A stretch of 64,000 bases of DNA from Bacteroidales bacterium (GCA_017429685.1 JAFROL010000013.1:31994-95993), one strand, 5' to 3'. Shown: positions 9,756 to 20,336, counted from the first letter of the stretch. Translations and numbers: made by a program. The notes: a model not told the origin generated them from the letters alone.

Positions 9756-10646
9756 ATGAAGAATAATCTCTTTGTGTGTGTGATTGCTATAGGAATATCC
9801 TTTCTTGCCGCCTGTCACCACGAGGAAGAACCCGCTATCAATAAACCCACTACGGGCTTTGACGAGAACGGCGCAAGCTATGCAAAATTCTCCGTAAGCA
9901 AGACAAAGCAGGTTCGCTTCTCGCGGGGCAATCTACAGTATCAGGCCTCTACGGGGCTGTGGCGGTTTGCCGAGAAGCAGTATGACCACATCGGCGGTGA
10001 CAACGCCAATATGTCGGAGACCTACAGCGGATGGATAGACCTTTTCGGATGGGGCACCTCGGGCTGGCAAAGCGGTGCAGTTGCCTACCAGCCTTGGGCA
10101 ACGACCACTATTTATGGCTACTACTCGCCCAACGACAATGGCGACTTGATTGACCTTACCGGGACCTATGCCAAGGCTGACTGGGCCTGGCACAACGCCA
10201 TAACAAACGGAGGCAACCGCACCCACTTGTGGCGTACGCTGACGGCAGAGGAGTGGCAGTATCTTTTCGTCTCGCGTGACGATGCCTATAACAAGATCGG
10301 GCTGGCAGTTATCGACAGCCAATACAACGGTCTCATTATCCTGCCAGACAGTTGGACGAAGCCTACAACTCTCTTGTTCTATCCCCTACCAACTTGGGAT
10401 ACAAACCAATACACGCTGGAGGAGTGGTCGCAGATGGAACTCGCCGGCGCCATCTTCTTGCCTATGGCGGGACATCGCTTCCGTGTGTGGGTCGATTATG
10501 TCGGGGAACTGGGTGACTACTGGTCATCCACCAGCAGCGAGGAAGATGACCGCGCTTGTACCATTCATTTCAGTTTTCAAGGCCTCGTTTCTCAAGGATT
10601 GGGTCGCAGCTGCTACGGACTCTCCGTCCGACCTGTAACAGAGTAA
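9756..10646 (+). CDS. lipoprotein with FISUMP/DUF1566-like C-terminal region
   Basis: The signal plus lipobox is ISFLAAC. The motifs WRTLTAEEWQYLF, GDYWSST and GLSVRPV resemble the Fibrobacter succinogenes major paralogous domain pattern. Confidence 0.6.
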   Translation: MKNNLFVCVIAIGISFLAACHHEEEPAINKPTTGFDENGASYAKFSVSKTKQVRFSRGNLQYQASTGLWRFAEKQYDHIGGDNANMSETYSGWIDLFGWGTSGWQSGAVAYQPWATTTIYGYYSPNDNGDLIDLTGTYAKADWAWHNAITNGGNRTHLWRTLTAEEWQYLFVSRDDAYNKIGLAVIDSQYNGLIILPDSWTKPTTLLFYPLPTWDTNQYTLEEWSQMELAGAIFLPMAGHRFRVWVDYVGELGDYWSSTSSEEDDRACTIHFSFQGLVSQGLGRSCYGLSVRPVTE

Positions 10647-10812
10647 TCCTACATCCCGCCCCGTCGGGCAACGGCACAGAAGAAAAAAGTTTTCTGGTAT
10701 GTCTGCGAACACCTTGTTAAATAATGTTAAAGTGAGTAACATCAGTAAGATTTGACCCCCTTCGTGCGTCTGTTATAGTAAAACAACACGAAATGTATAA
10801 CAAAAAATAAAT

Positions 10813-11019
10813 ATGATGATGAAAAAACTGATTGAATTCTTTATCGGAAGCGTCGTTTTGCTGGCGGCCATTGTCGTGATAATGGCTTGGATATGGAATG
10901 ACCACTATGACGTCTCCCTGCGGCTTGTCTTGACCGAAACACTTATCGTCCTGGCCGGGGCGGGGCTGATGACGCTGATACAATATTACGTGTTCAAAAA
11001 GAAAAACGGCAAAAAATAA
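10813..11019 (+). CDS. small membrane protein (2 predicted TM segments)
   Basis: 68-aa ORF with two hydrophobic stretches and a basic C-terminus. No homology recognised. Confidence 0.45.
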   Translation: MMMKKLIEFFIGSVVLLAAIVVIMAWIWNDHYDVSLRLVLTETLIVLAGAGLMTLIQYYVFKKKNGKK

Positions 11020-11025
11020 CACACT

Positions 11026-11313
11026 ATGGAACCCTTAACCCTAATCCCCGTAAGTGGTGCTGCGGGCATCGCGATTGCAATCGTTACCATGCTGGCCATC
11101 CTTAGCGGTATCGGCATCCTCATCAGAAAGGTCAAACAACGGAGCTGGGCCTACTACTTCCTGCTGTTCGTCATGTTCGCAGGGGTGATGCTGCTCTTTG
11201 ACCAGGTGCTGGGCATGCACGACCTCCGCATCTCCGTAATTACTTCACTCAGTAGCAGCGTACTCTTCACACTCTTCTATTTCCTTTTGGACAGAAAAAA
11301 AGACAAAGAGTAG
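11026..11313 (+). CDS. small membrane protein (about 3 TM segments)
   Basis: 95-aa hydrophobic ORF starting 7 nt after the previous one and followed by a terminator. Confidence 0.45.
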   Translation: MEPLTLIPVSGAAGIAIAIVTMLAILSGIGILIRKVKQRSWAYYFLLFVMFAGVMLLFDQVLGMHDLRISVITSLSSSVLFTLFYFLLDRKKDKE

Positions 11314-11400
11314 TTTCTCAGAGAGAGAAAAAACAAATAGTTTTTCCGACAAAGGTGTTATTATCCATATCAGAGAGCACCATCCGGAAAGAATACATAG

Positions 11401-11426
11401 CAAGGCCCAAACGGCCTTGCTTTTTT
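11401..11426 (+). terminator. rho-independent terminator
   Basis: The hairpin CAAGGCC-caaac-GGCCTTG is followed by C and T6. Confidence 0.7.
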
Positions 11427-11560
11427 GTTGGAAATTGTGCAGCTAATTAAATTGCGTCACAAAGCCGCTGAGACTCGTTTTCAAGAAGTGAGAATTAAAC
11501 TTTTTAGATTCCGAAAAGAGGCCAAAAACGCCCCACGCTAACTGGCTGATAACGACACAC

Positions 11561-11640
11561 CATCTTCCTACCATATTCTACCCAAGTTCCTACCAACTTT
11601 TTACCAAATTTCACCTCGGTAGAAGATGATAGGGTTTTGG
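11561..11640. repeat. 11-nt-phased TACC array, copy 1
   Basis: TACC starts at 11569, 11579, 11591 and 11602, followed by an inverted GGTAGAAGATG. The core TCCTACCAAnnTnTTACCAAATTT is shared with 60074..60097. Confidence 0.7.
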
Positions 11641-11915
11641 TTAGTATAAAGTATTAATACTGTGGGGAGTTAGTGTGTAGACTTCACGGGAACGCCCTGC
11701 AACTATGCTTGATTATCAGACACTTGACTTTTTTGATAGAAAATCGGCATCAAAATGTTTTTTTAACATTTGAGAGTGGGCGTTCGGAAACGATATTTTA
11801 TCGTCGAGATTAGGAAATAGCCGAAGGTGTAAAGAACAAAGAGAGTGCTTCCGATGATAGGAAACCGGAGCCGGAAGCGTCAAAGCGGGAAGGACGACAC
11901 CTCCCTTCCACCCAT

Positions 11916-11954
11916 AAAAAGCGAGAGCCCTGCCAATAGATTGGCGGGGCTCTC
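11916..11954 (-). terminator. rho-independent terminator of the aminotransferase gene
   Basis: On the minus strand the hairpin GAGAGCCCCGCCAA-tcta-TTGGCAGGGCTCTC is followed by a T-run (plus-strand A5 at 11916-11920). It is 32 nt past the stop. Confidence 0.7.
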
Positions 11955-11985
11955 TATTAGATATTGTCACTCAGTGTGAGCTGCT

Positions 11986-13302
11986 TTATTTCACCGGATG
12001 GTCGGCGTGGAATTTCTCCAAACGCTCTTTCAAATCGGGGAACTGGTCGCGAAGCACAAGAGCCACGCAAGCACGGATGCCCTGCTTGTGGCTGCCGGTG
12101 ATATCGAGGGCTATAGCACTGATACCATAGCGGATAAGTTCGTTGAGCAGGTCGACGCCTTCATAGCCGGGATAGCAGAAAGTGAAGTAGAAACCGTCGC
12201 CGATGTCCTCGCCCATATCTTTGTCGTAGACGATGTAGAATCCGTTGTCGGTAAACATTTTCTTCATAATGCCAGCCTTTTCGCCGTACTCCTTGATGTC
12301 CTTGACGAAGTTGAACGTACCGTCGTTGGCGCCCTTAAGCATCGCGGCCATAGCGTACTGCACGCTGTGGGCGGTACCGGAGCTGAGGCAGTAGAGCGTG
12401 CCAAAAATGAGGGCGCGGCCCAGTTGCGTCTGGCTGTAGTAGCGTGCCAGGTCGGGGCATTCCATATTGAACAGCTTGGGGCTGCAAATCATCATAGCAA
12501 TGCGCTCGCCGGCATAGCTGAACGACTTGCTGCCGCTGATCATCAGCACGTAGCGGTCGGTATACTTGGCCACGGTGGGCTGGAAAGGAGCCTTGCCGGG
12601 GACGCTGTAGTCCTTACGGAAATCCATCAGGAAATAGGCATCATCCTCGAGGACGACGACGCCGTACTTGTTGGCCATCTCGCCGATAATCTGCAGTTCG
12701 TGCTCGGTGAAGCAGAACCAAGCGGGATTGTTGGGACTACTGTAAATCAGGCAGGCAACGTCGCCGTCTTTAAGTTCTTCTTCAAGTTTTTCGCGCAGCT
12801 TGTCGCCACGGTATTCGTAGACGTCGAAGGACTTCATCGGGATGCCGAGAACGCGGCACTGCTGCTTCTGGACGGGGAAGCCGGGGTCGATGAAAAGCAC
12901 CTTGGTCTTCTTGGCATCGTAGCGCGTCAGGGTCAGGAACGAGGCGAAACCGGCCTGCATCGAGCCGACGGTAGGCACGCAGCATTCGGGAGTCACGTCG
13001 ATATCAAGGAAGTTCTTGACGAAGCGTGCAGCCTCCTGCTTGAAATCGGCGGTGCCGTAGATTTCGGGATAGATGCTGGCCACGCCGTTGCGCAGAGCCT
13101 CGATCTGGGCTTCGACGCCAACCTGCGGGGCAGGAAGGCCAGGGATGCCCATCTCCATCTTGACAAAGCGCACGCCAGTCTCCTTTTCGACATCCTGAAT
13201 CATCTTGCGCATCTCGCGGATGCTGGCCTTGCCAGGGTTCTGGATTTTATTGGCCGCAGCAATGCGGTCAATCGTTTCTTTCTGTATAGGTATTTGAGTC
13301 AT
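11986..13302 (-). CDS. pyridoxal-phosphate-dependent aminotransferase (class I/II)
   Basis: 438 aa with the PLP-lysine context SGSKSFSYAGERI and the NPAW / DDAY motifs of fold-type I aminotransferases. Confidence 0.8.
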   Translation of the reverse strand: MTQIPIQKETIDRIAAANKIQNPGKASIREMRKMIQDVEKETGVRFVKMEMGIPGLPAPQVGVEAQIEALRNGVASIYPEIYGTADFKQEAARFVKNFLDIDVTPECCVPTVGSMQAGFASFLTLTRYDAKKTKVLFIDPGFPVQKQQCRVLGIPMKSFDVYEYRGDKLREKLEEELKDGDVACLIYSSPNNPAWFCFTEHELQIIGEMANKYGVVVLEDDAYFLMDFRKDYSVPGKAPFQPTVAKYTDRYVLMISGSKSFSYAGERIAMMICSPKLFNMECPDLARYYSQTQLGRALIFGTLYCLSSGTAHSVQYAMAAMLKGANDGTFNFVKDIKEYGEKAGIMKKMFTDNGFYIVYDKDMGEDIGDGFYFTFCYPGYEGVDLLNELIRYGISAIALDITGSHKQGIRACVALVLRDQFPDLKERLEKFHADHPVK

Positions 13303-13332
13303 AATATTTAAATTAAAGGATTTATAACTTTG

Positions 13333-14259
13333 TTACTTTATGTTCCAATCTTTTAGTTTCGATACATTTATCGGACTGATTTCCTTGATAATATCATATA
13401 TTTCTTTTTGTTCCTCGGCAGGAGCGGGCGTAAAAATGGAAACGATTTCAGCCATATTGACATCGAGGAACTGCGTGACCGACAAGAGGTTGCTCCGTTT
13501 TTTGTGCACTTGCTGCAGATAGCGGAGCGACTGAATGATGTTGCGCCGCGCGGTGGGCTGGTCTTTAGTCATATTGTCCAAGCCAAGACGATAGTAGTAA
13601 TAGTACACACTATGCAATGCCTCGTAGGCCGAGTTGGTGTGGTTTTCGACAAACCAGTAGCGCGCCTTCTGGCTGTCGCTGGCCTTCCAACCCTTGTAGG
13701 CTGCAGAGCCTGCCGTGATGGCTATATTCTGCGCCATTTCGAAGAACGGCTGCCCACCGTTGGGGCCATAGGAGTCGAAATAGAGGCCCAGCATAATATA
13801 GCAATAGTATGCCAAAGTCGACGACAGATTGTCGTAGAACGAGTTAGGATCGAATTCGAGAGGGCGGCTCTCGTCAAAGGAAAAGAGGAAATCGTTGCCG
13901 TTTTCCAGATAGTTGAAAACTCCCGACGTATAGTTGGAATTGTAGATCGGTCTGCGCAACTGCACTGATATCTGACCGCCAAAATCCGTTGCCGACGTGC
14001 GCTGCGAAAGGATGATGCTGATGGAGCAGTCGAGGCGTTCAATCTGTTCGAACTCGAGATTGGTCCAATGACGCTCGTTGACGAAATCCTCAATAGAACG
14101 CTTCATAGTCTCAAAAATCTTCAGGTCGCCCGTTTCGTATTGCTGTGTCGTGGTTTGAAGTTTCTGATAGTTAACAGTAACCCCACAACGGAATTCCTGC
14201 GCAGAAACCGCTGAGAAGAAAACACTCAATATCAATAACATCGAAAGTTTCTTCAACAT
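13333..14259 (-). CDS. DUF4835 family protein (annotated in some pipelines as T9SS PorD)
   Basis: 308 aa with a signal peptide. The N-terminal pattern QEFRCGVTVNYQKLQ...IFETMKRSIEDFVNERHWTN...ERLDCSISIIL matches my memory of DUF4835. Confidence 0.6.
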   Translation of the reverse strand: MLKKLSMLLILSVFFSAVSAQEFRCGVTVNYQKLQTTTQQYETGDLKIFETMKRSIEDFVNERHWTNLEFEQIERLDCSISIILSQRTSATDFGGQISVQLRRPIYNSNYTSGVFNYLENGNDFLFSFDESRPLEFDPNSFYDNLSSTLAYYCYIMLGLYFDSYGPNGGQPFFEMAQNIAITAGSAAYKGWKASDSQKARYWFVENHTNSAYEALHSVYYYYYRLGLDNMTKDQPTARRNIIQSLRYLQQVHKKRSNLLSVTQFLDVNMAEIVSIFTPAPAEEQKEIYDIIKEISPINVSKLKDWNIK

Positions 14260-14508
14260 TTCAAATCATATTTTCGAATTGCAAAAATACAATATTTTTT
14301 CATATTAACGACAAGAATTTGTTTTTATTGCACATTGTTATGGCATAAATTGCCACAGACCGCGCCACGTTACGGAAAAATTGCTTTCCGATGCCATAAC
14401 GGCATCGGTATACAACTGGAATCCAATTACATAAACAACGAATAATATTTTTTCACATTTTGTTGAAAACTATAATTTGCGGACGGGCAAAAATCAAATA
14501 TTTTTTAG

Positions 14509-14516
14509 TAATTTTG
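14509..14516 (+). promoter_or_regulatory. candidate -7 promoter box TAATTTTG for gyrB
   Basis: Fits TAnnTTTG and lies 30 nt upstream of the gyrB ATG. Confidence 0.45.
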
Positions 14517-14524
14517 CATCTTAA

Positions 14525-16504
<1,980 letters not shown>

Positions 16505-16513
16505 CCATCTGAT

Positions 16514-16882
16514 ATGGTAGCACAAGAAATCGAACAACGGCTGAGGACCGAATTCGGTATACCGACATCGGTAAGTATGCAATGGGCCATAATCGTTGAA
16601 ACCAACAACGGCGAAAGCCTCTGGCTCCCCGCTATGACGCTCGACGGCGGAAGACTGACGCTGGACATCTGCCGGCGGGCGTTCATCACCGAATCGGCGG
16701 TGCTGGGAGTCCGACGCGAAATCAGACCCGCCGAATGCGAGTCTGGCGACGACGAGGTGATACTGCGGTCCGACTGGGACAAGGAAGTCCACCTCTCGCT
16801 TCAGGAGTTGGACGACATATATTTCAACAAATATTTCAAATGGGAACTGCTCGAACGAGCCAAAAACGAGAACATAATATAA
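16514..16882 (+). CDS. hypothetical protein
   Basis: 122-aa ORF starting 10 nt after the gyrB stop on the same strand. No motif recognised. Confidence 0.45.
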   Translation: MVAQEIEQRLRTEFGIPTSVSMQWAIIVETNNGESLWLPAMTLDGGRLTLDICRRAFITESAVLGVRREIRPAECESGDDEVILRSDWDKEVHLSLQELDDIYFNKYFKWELLERAKNENII

Positions 16883-16900
16883 ACACCAATAAATAACTGT

Positions 16901-17647
16901 ATGGACAAACGTAACCTCCTTCTGATCAGCAATAGCACTATGCGCGGCGAGGCTTACCTCGGCTGGTGCAAGGATATGATTGCCGACTTCTGCAAGCGGC
17001 ACAATGTGAAACGCGTACTTTTCGTCCCCTACGCCGGCGTCAGCCTGGCCGAAGGCGGCCTGAAAAAGAGCTACGACGCCTACGAAGCCAAGGTGGCCAA
17101 GGTTTATGCCGAATTTGGAGTAAAACTTCAATCAGTACACCATAAAGCACTACCCATCAATGCAGTGTATGACACAGATTGCGTAGCCGTCGGTGGTGGC
17201 AACACCTTCCATCTGGTCCGCGAGCTGCAGCGCACAGGCCTGATGCAGGCCATCCGCCAGCGTGCCTTCGACGGTATGCCCTATATGGGTTGGAGCGCCG
17301 GCAGCAACGTGGCTGGTCCTACGCTCTGCACCACCAACGATATGCCCATCGTTATGCCGGCTTCGTTCGACTGTATGGGCATCGTGCCGTTCCAGATCAA
17401 CCCCCACTACACTGACTTCTTCGACCCCAAGCACGGCGGCGAAACACGCGACGACCGCCTGAAAGAGTACATTATGGTCAACCCCACAACTACCGTTGCC
17501 GCCATCCGCGAGGCCACGGCGCTACTGCTCGAAGAGGGCAACCTGTCGCTGATCGGCAAGCCCAACAAGATGAAAGTCTTCAAAACCAAAATGGAAAACA
17601 CCAAGGAATACGGCCTGAAAGACAACTTAAACTTCTTATTGAAATAA
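16901..17647 (+). CDS. pepE: dipeptidase E (peptidase S51)
   Basis: 248 aa with LLISNS..., GGGNTFHL and the nucleophile context GWSAGSNV. Confidence 0.8.
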   Translation: MDKRNLLLISNSTMRGEAYLGWCKDMIADFCKRHNVKRVLFVPYAGVSLAEGGLKKSYDAYEAKVAKVYAEFGVKLQSVHHKALPINAVYDTDCVAVGGGNTFHLVRELQRTGLMQAIRQRAFDGMPYMGWSAGSNVAGPTLCTTNDMPIVMPASFDCMGIVPFQINPHYTDFFDPKHGGETRDDRLKEYIMVNPTTTVAAIREATALLLEEGNLSLIGKPNKMKVFKTKMENTKEYGLKDNLNFLLK

Positions 17648-17678
17648 AATACATTTAATCCATAAAACACAACTAATT

Positions 17679-18338
17679 ATGAGCAAGAAATTCAAATGTA
17701 CCGTTTGTGGCTACATCCACGAGGGCGACGAGGCTCCCGCCATCTGCCCCAAATGCAAACAGCCTAAAGAGAAATTCGTCGAAATCGTCGACGAGCCCAA
17801 GTCGCTGAAAGGCACCAAGACCGAGAAGAACCTCGAAGAGGCCTTTGCCGGCGAATCGATGGCCCGCAACAAATACACCTACTTTGCCTCGAAAGCCAAG
17901 AAGGAAGGCTACGTGCAGATTGCAGCCCTCTTTGAGGAGACCGCCGTCAACGAGCGCGAGCACGCCAAACTGTGGTTCAAGTACCTCCACGGTGGCGAGG
18001 TTGCCTCGACCGCCGAGAACCTGCTGGCTGCCGCCGAAGGCGAGAACTTCGAGTGGACCGATATGTATGAGCGTATGGCCCGCGAGGCACGCGAAGAGGG
18101 CTTCGAGGAGATTGCCCGCAAGTTCGAGATGGTCGGCGCCATCGAGAAGCACCACGAGGAGCGCTATCGCAAGTTGCTCAAGAATCTGAACGACAAGAAG
18201 GTATTCTCGAAAGACGGCGACGCCATCTGGCAGTGTGCCAACTGCGGCCACATCGTCATCGGCAAGACTGCCCCCGAGGTGTGCCCCGTCTGCAACCACC
18301 CCCAGGCATACTTCCAGGTTCTGGCCGAGAACTATTGA
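17679..18338 (+). CDS. rubrerythrin family protein with rubredoxin-like CxxC pairs at both termini
   Basis: N-terminal CTVCGY...CPKC, a central ferritin-like four-helix region ([22 protein letters not shown]) and C-terminal CANCGH...CPVC. Confidence 0.85.
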   Translation: MSKKFKCTVCGYIHEGDEAPAICPKCKQPKEKFVEIVDEPKSLKGTKTEKNLEEAFAGESMARNKYTYFASKAKKEGYVQIAALFEETAVNEREHAKLWFKYLHGGEVASTAENLLAAAEGENFEWTDMYERMAREAREEGFEEIARKFEMVGAIEKHHEERYRKLLKNLNDKKVFSKDGDAIWQCANCGHIVIGKTAPEVCPVCNHPQAYFQVLAENY

Positions 18339-18346
18339 TAGTCAGT

Positions 18347-18832
18347 ATGAACACTACGCTTACAATCCGTCCGGCACGGGAGGAAGAGACGCCTCTCGTG
18401 CTGGATTTTATTATGAGGCTGGCGGAATACGAACGCTGCGCCGACGAGGTGGTGGCCGACGTGCCGACGCTGCACCGGTCGCTCTTCGTCGAGCATTCCG
18501 CCGAGGTCGTTTTTGCAGAAGAGCCCGACGGCACCATTGTCGGTTTCGCCCTGTTTTTCCACAATTTTTCCACGTTCGTAGGCAGGAAAGGATTATACCT
18601 TGAGGACCTCTTCATCATCCACGAGAAGCGGGGCCGCGGCTACGGCCGTCAGCTGCTGCAATACCTGGCCCGTCTTGCCGTGGAGCGCAATTGCGGCCGT
18701 ATGGAATGGATTTGCCTCGACTGGAACGAAAACGCCCTCAAGACCTACCGCGCCATCGGCGCCATCCCGATGAGCGACTGGACCATCCAGCGCCTCGACG
18801 AGGAAGCACTGCACAACTTTGCAGAAATTTAA
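18347..18832 (+). CDS. GNAT family N-acetyltransferase
   Basis: ORF 18233..18832 trimmed to the ATG at 18347. It has the acetyl-CoA motif RGRGYGRQLL and an overall SSAT-like layout. Confidence 0.8.
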   Translation: MNTTLTIRPAREEETPLVLDFIMRLAEYERCADEVVADVPTLHRSLFVEHSAEVVFAEEPDGTIVGFALFFHNFSTFVGRKGLYLEDLFIIHEKRGRGYGRQLLQYLARLAVERNCGRMEWICLDWNENALKTYRAIGAIPMSDWTIQRLDEEALHNFAEI

Positions 18833-18890
18833 CACAATCGAACAATAAACCAAACATCATTGCGTTGTTACAATACAAATAATATAAACA

Positions 18891-19181
18891 ATGTGTAGAG
18901 TAACCATAGACATCAACGAGGCTGCCGTCCGCAGCTGGAATCCCGACCTTTCAACTCCTGAAGCCATTAACCAATGGGCTCAACAAGAGATGAATAAGAT
19001 TGTGGAACGGCTAACACATACCGCTATCGCCGAACCGCCCTGCACATATAACTCCAAAGCAGAAGTAGTAGCCGAGGCACAACGACGAATGGTTGAGATT
19101 GAAAGTGGCAAAGCCCAAACCATTCCCCACGAAGATGTAAGGCAAAGGATGGAAAAAATGATTGCTTCGTATGCGAATTGA
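18891..19181 (+). CDS. putative type II antitoxin (family not recognised)
   Basis: 96-aa ORF that overlaps the start of the downstream ParE/RelE-like gene by 11 nt. The assignment is by position only. Confidence 0.5.
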   Translation: MCRVTIDINEAAVRSWNPDLSTPEAINQWAQQEMNKIVERLTHTAIAEPPCTYNSKAEVVAEAQRRMVEIESGKAQTIPHEDVRQRMEKMIASYAN

Positions 19182-19488
19182 GTGGAGTCCTCGTGCTTTA
19201 GACGACCTGTCTGATATACTCAAGTATGTTGTCGACACGTTTGGTGAAACTGCTGCTTACCACGTCAACAACGAAATTAATGACGAGGTGGATAAGTTGG
19301 CTTTCTTTCCCCAATTAGGGAGGGTATATTACCACGATACTGAAAGTGGCATCACCTATCGTGCTCTAACCTCCAAGTATCATATAATCCTCTATTATTC
19401 TAAAGGCGATGTCTTAAAGGTGGTCTTGTTGTGGAACACACGCCGTGACAATAATGAACTGACAAGACAGCTAAAGCTTATTAATTAA
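19171..19488 (+). CDS. type II toxin-antitoxin system RelE/ParE family toxin
   Basis: MRIEWSPRALDDLSDILKYV...FPQLGR...YRALTSKYHIILYY...VVLLWNTRRD fits the ParE/RelE plasmid-stabilisation pattern. I chose the ATG at 19171 over the alternative start at 19162. Confidence 0.75.
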   Translation: MRIEWSPRALDDLSDILKYVVDTFGETAAYHVNNEINDEVDKLAFFPQLGRVYYHDTESGITYRALTSKYHIILYYSKGDVLKVVLLWNTRRDNNELTRQLKLIN

Positions 19489-19523
19489 TTATTGATTTTG
19501 CGGATTGCAAATCCTTATATTAA

Positions 19524-19552
19524 GTTGCGTCGGATTGCAAATCCGACGCAAC
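19524..19552. repeat. 13-bp-stem hairpin containing CGGATTGCAAATCCG, with a half copy at 19500-19514
   Basis: The hairpin is GTTGCGTCGGATT-gca-AATCCGACGCAAC. The inner 15 nt are identical to a tRNA-Cys(GCA) anticodon arm, but no other tRNA arms are present. Confidence 0.8.
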
Positions 19553-19564
19553 GGATATTGACAG

Positions 19565-19600
19565 AAAAAAAATAGCGGCGCGAAGAAAGCTTGCGCCGCT
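19565..19600 (-). terminator. rho-independent terminator of the small secreted protein gene
   Basis: The stem AGCGGCGC...GCGCCGCT is followed on the minus strand by a T8 run (plus-strand A-run 19565-19572). Confidence 0.7.
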
Positions 19601-19637
19601 ATCTGTGATCTATGCGGTTTACTTTTTTGTTATATAA

Positions 19638-20039
19638 TCACCAAGGTCTGCTTGCACTTTTGCATTCGGCTCCCCAGATTTCGATACTCACAATTCTTTT
19701 TGCTTGAGAGTCTAATGAAACATCATTAGTCTTTGAGCCCGATTTATCAAATGCGATTGACCTTGTTATTTCTTCTTTTTCACCATCACTCGTTCGTATG
19801 TAAGTAACTTTTACCAATACTTTACCTGCAGCTGGTTGGTCTACACTTGGTGTAGTTGTAATTTCAATATAAGGGCATTTATTAGTATTTGCGCATTTCG
19901 AATTCATATAGTAAGTGCTTGACACATATGCATCAATATATCCTCCATTACCACTTGCAAGTTTGCATTGGTCAGCCTGTGCATTGGCGACAAATGCCAT
20001 TCCAAAGACGGCCACAAACATTAATATTATCTTCTTCAT
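19638..20039 (-). CDS. small secreted protein, hypothetical
   Basis: 133 aa with signal peptide MKKIILMFVAVFGMAFVANAQ and four Cys residues in the mature part. It has its own terminator and a long leader. Confidence 0.6.
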   Translation of the reverse strand: MKKIILMFVAVFGMAFVANAQADQCKLASGNGGYIDAYVSSTYYMNSKCANTNKCPYIEITTTPSVDQPAAGKVLVKVTYIRTSDGEKEEITRSIAFDKSGSKTNDVSLDSQAKRIVSIEIWGAECKSASRPW

Positions 20040-20336
20040 TTTTACTCTGGCGGTGTTTATCCTGTTGCCTGCAGTTTTTTTTGTGCGTTTGTTCTCGCAT
20101 AGACCACTTACGTCCCGCCAGAGCCGAAAAGGACAACCATATTAAAAGAAGCGTGGCTCTGTATGCCACTTCTCCCTACGGGGGTCGTGAGAATTACCTT
20201 GAAAAGAAGAAATAGGGTACAGTCCACGCATACACGCGAACCGTCATACCGTCTTTGCTTTTCTTTGGAAGTTTCTCACGTTTCCGTAGGCAAAAGTCGA
20301 GCATAACGCCTCGTGGTTTTTGTCTAAAACCGAGTG

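Noticed and set aside
11716-11970. 84-aa minus-strand ORF in the long convergent spacer
   Set aside because: It overlaps the aminotransferase terminator hairpin, has no start context or homology, and is probably non-coding.
19497-19552. A tRNA-Cys gene
   Set aside because: Only the anticodon arm is present. No acceptor stem, D arm or GTTCRANYC T-loop could be found in the flanks.
20160-20225. TPP- or cobalamin-riboswitch-like fragments (GGGGTCGTGAGAATTACCTTGAA and GCCACTTC)
   Set aside because: These are only short partial resemblances. The defining segments are absent (CCTGATCTGG...GCG for TPP, and the B12 box plus GGGAA/GCAACTGT block for cobalamin).
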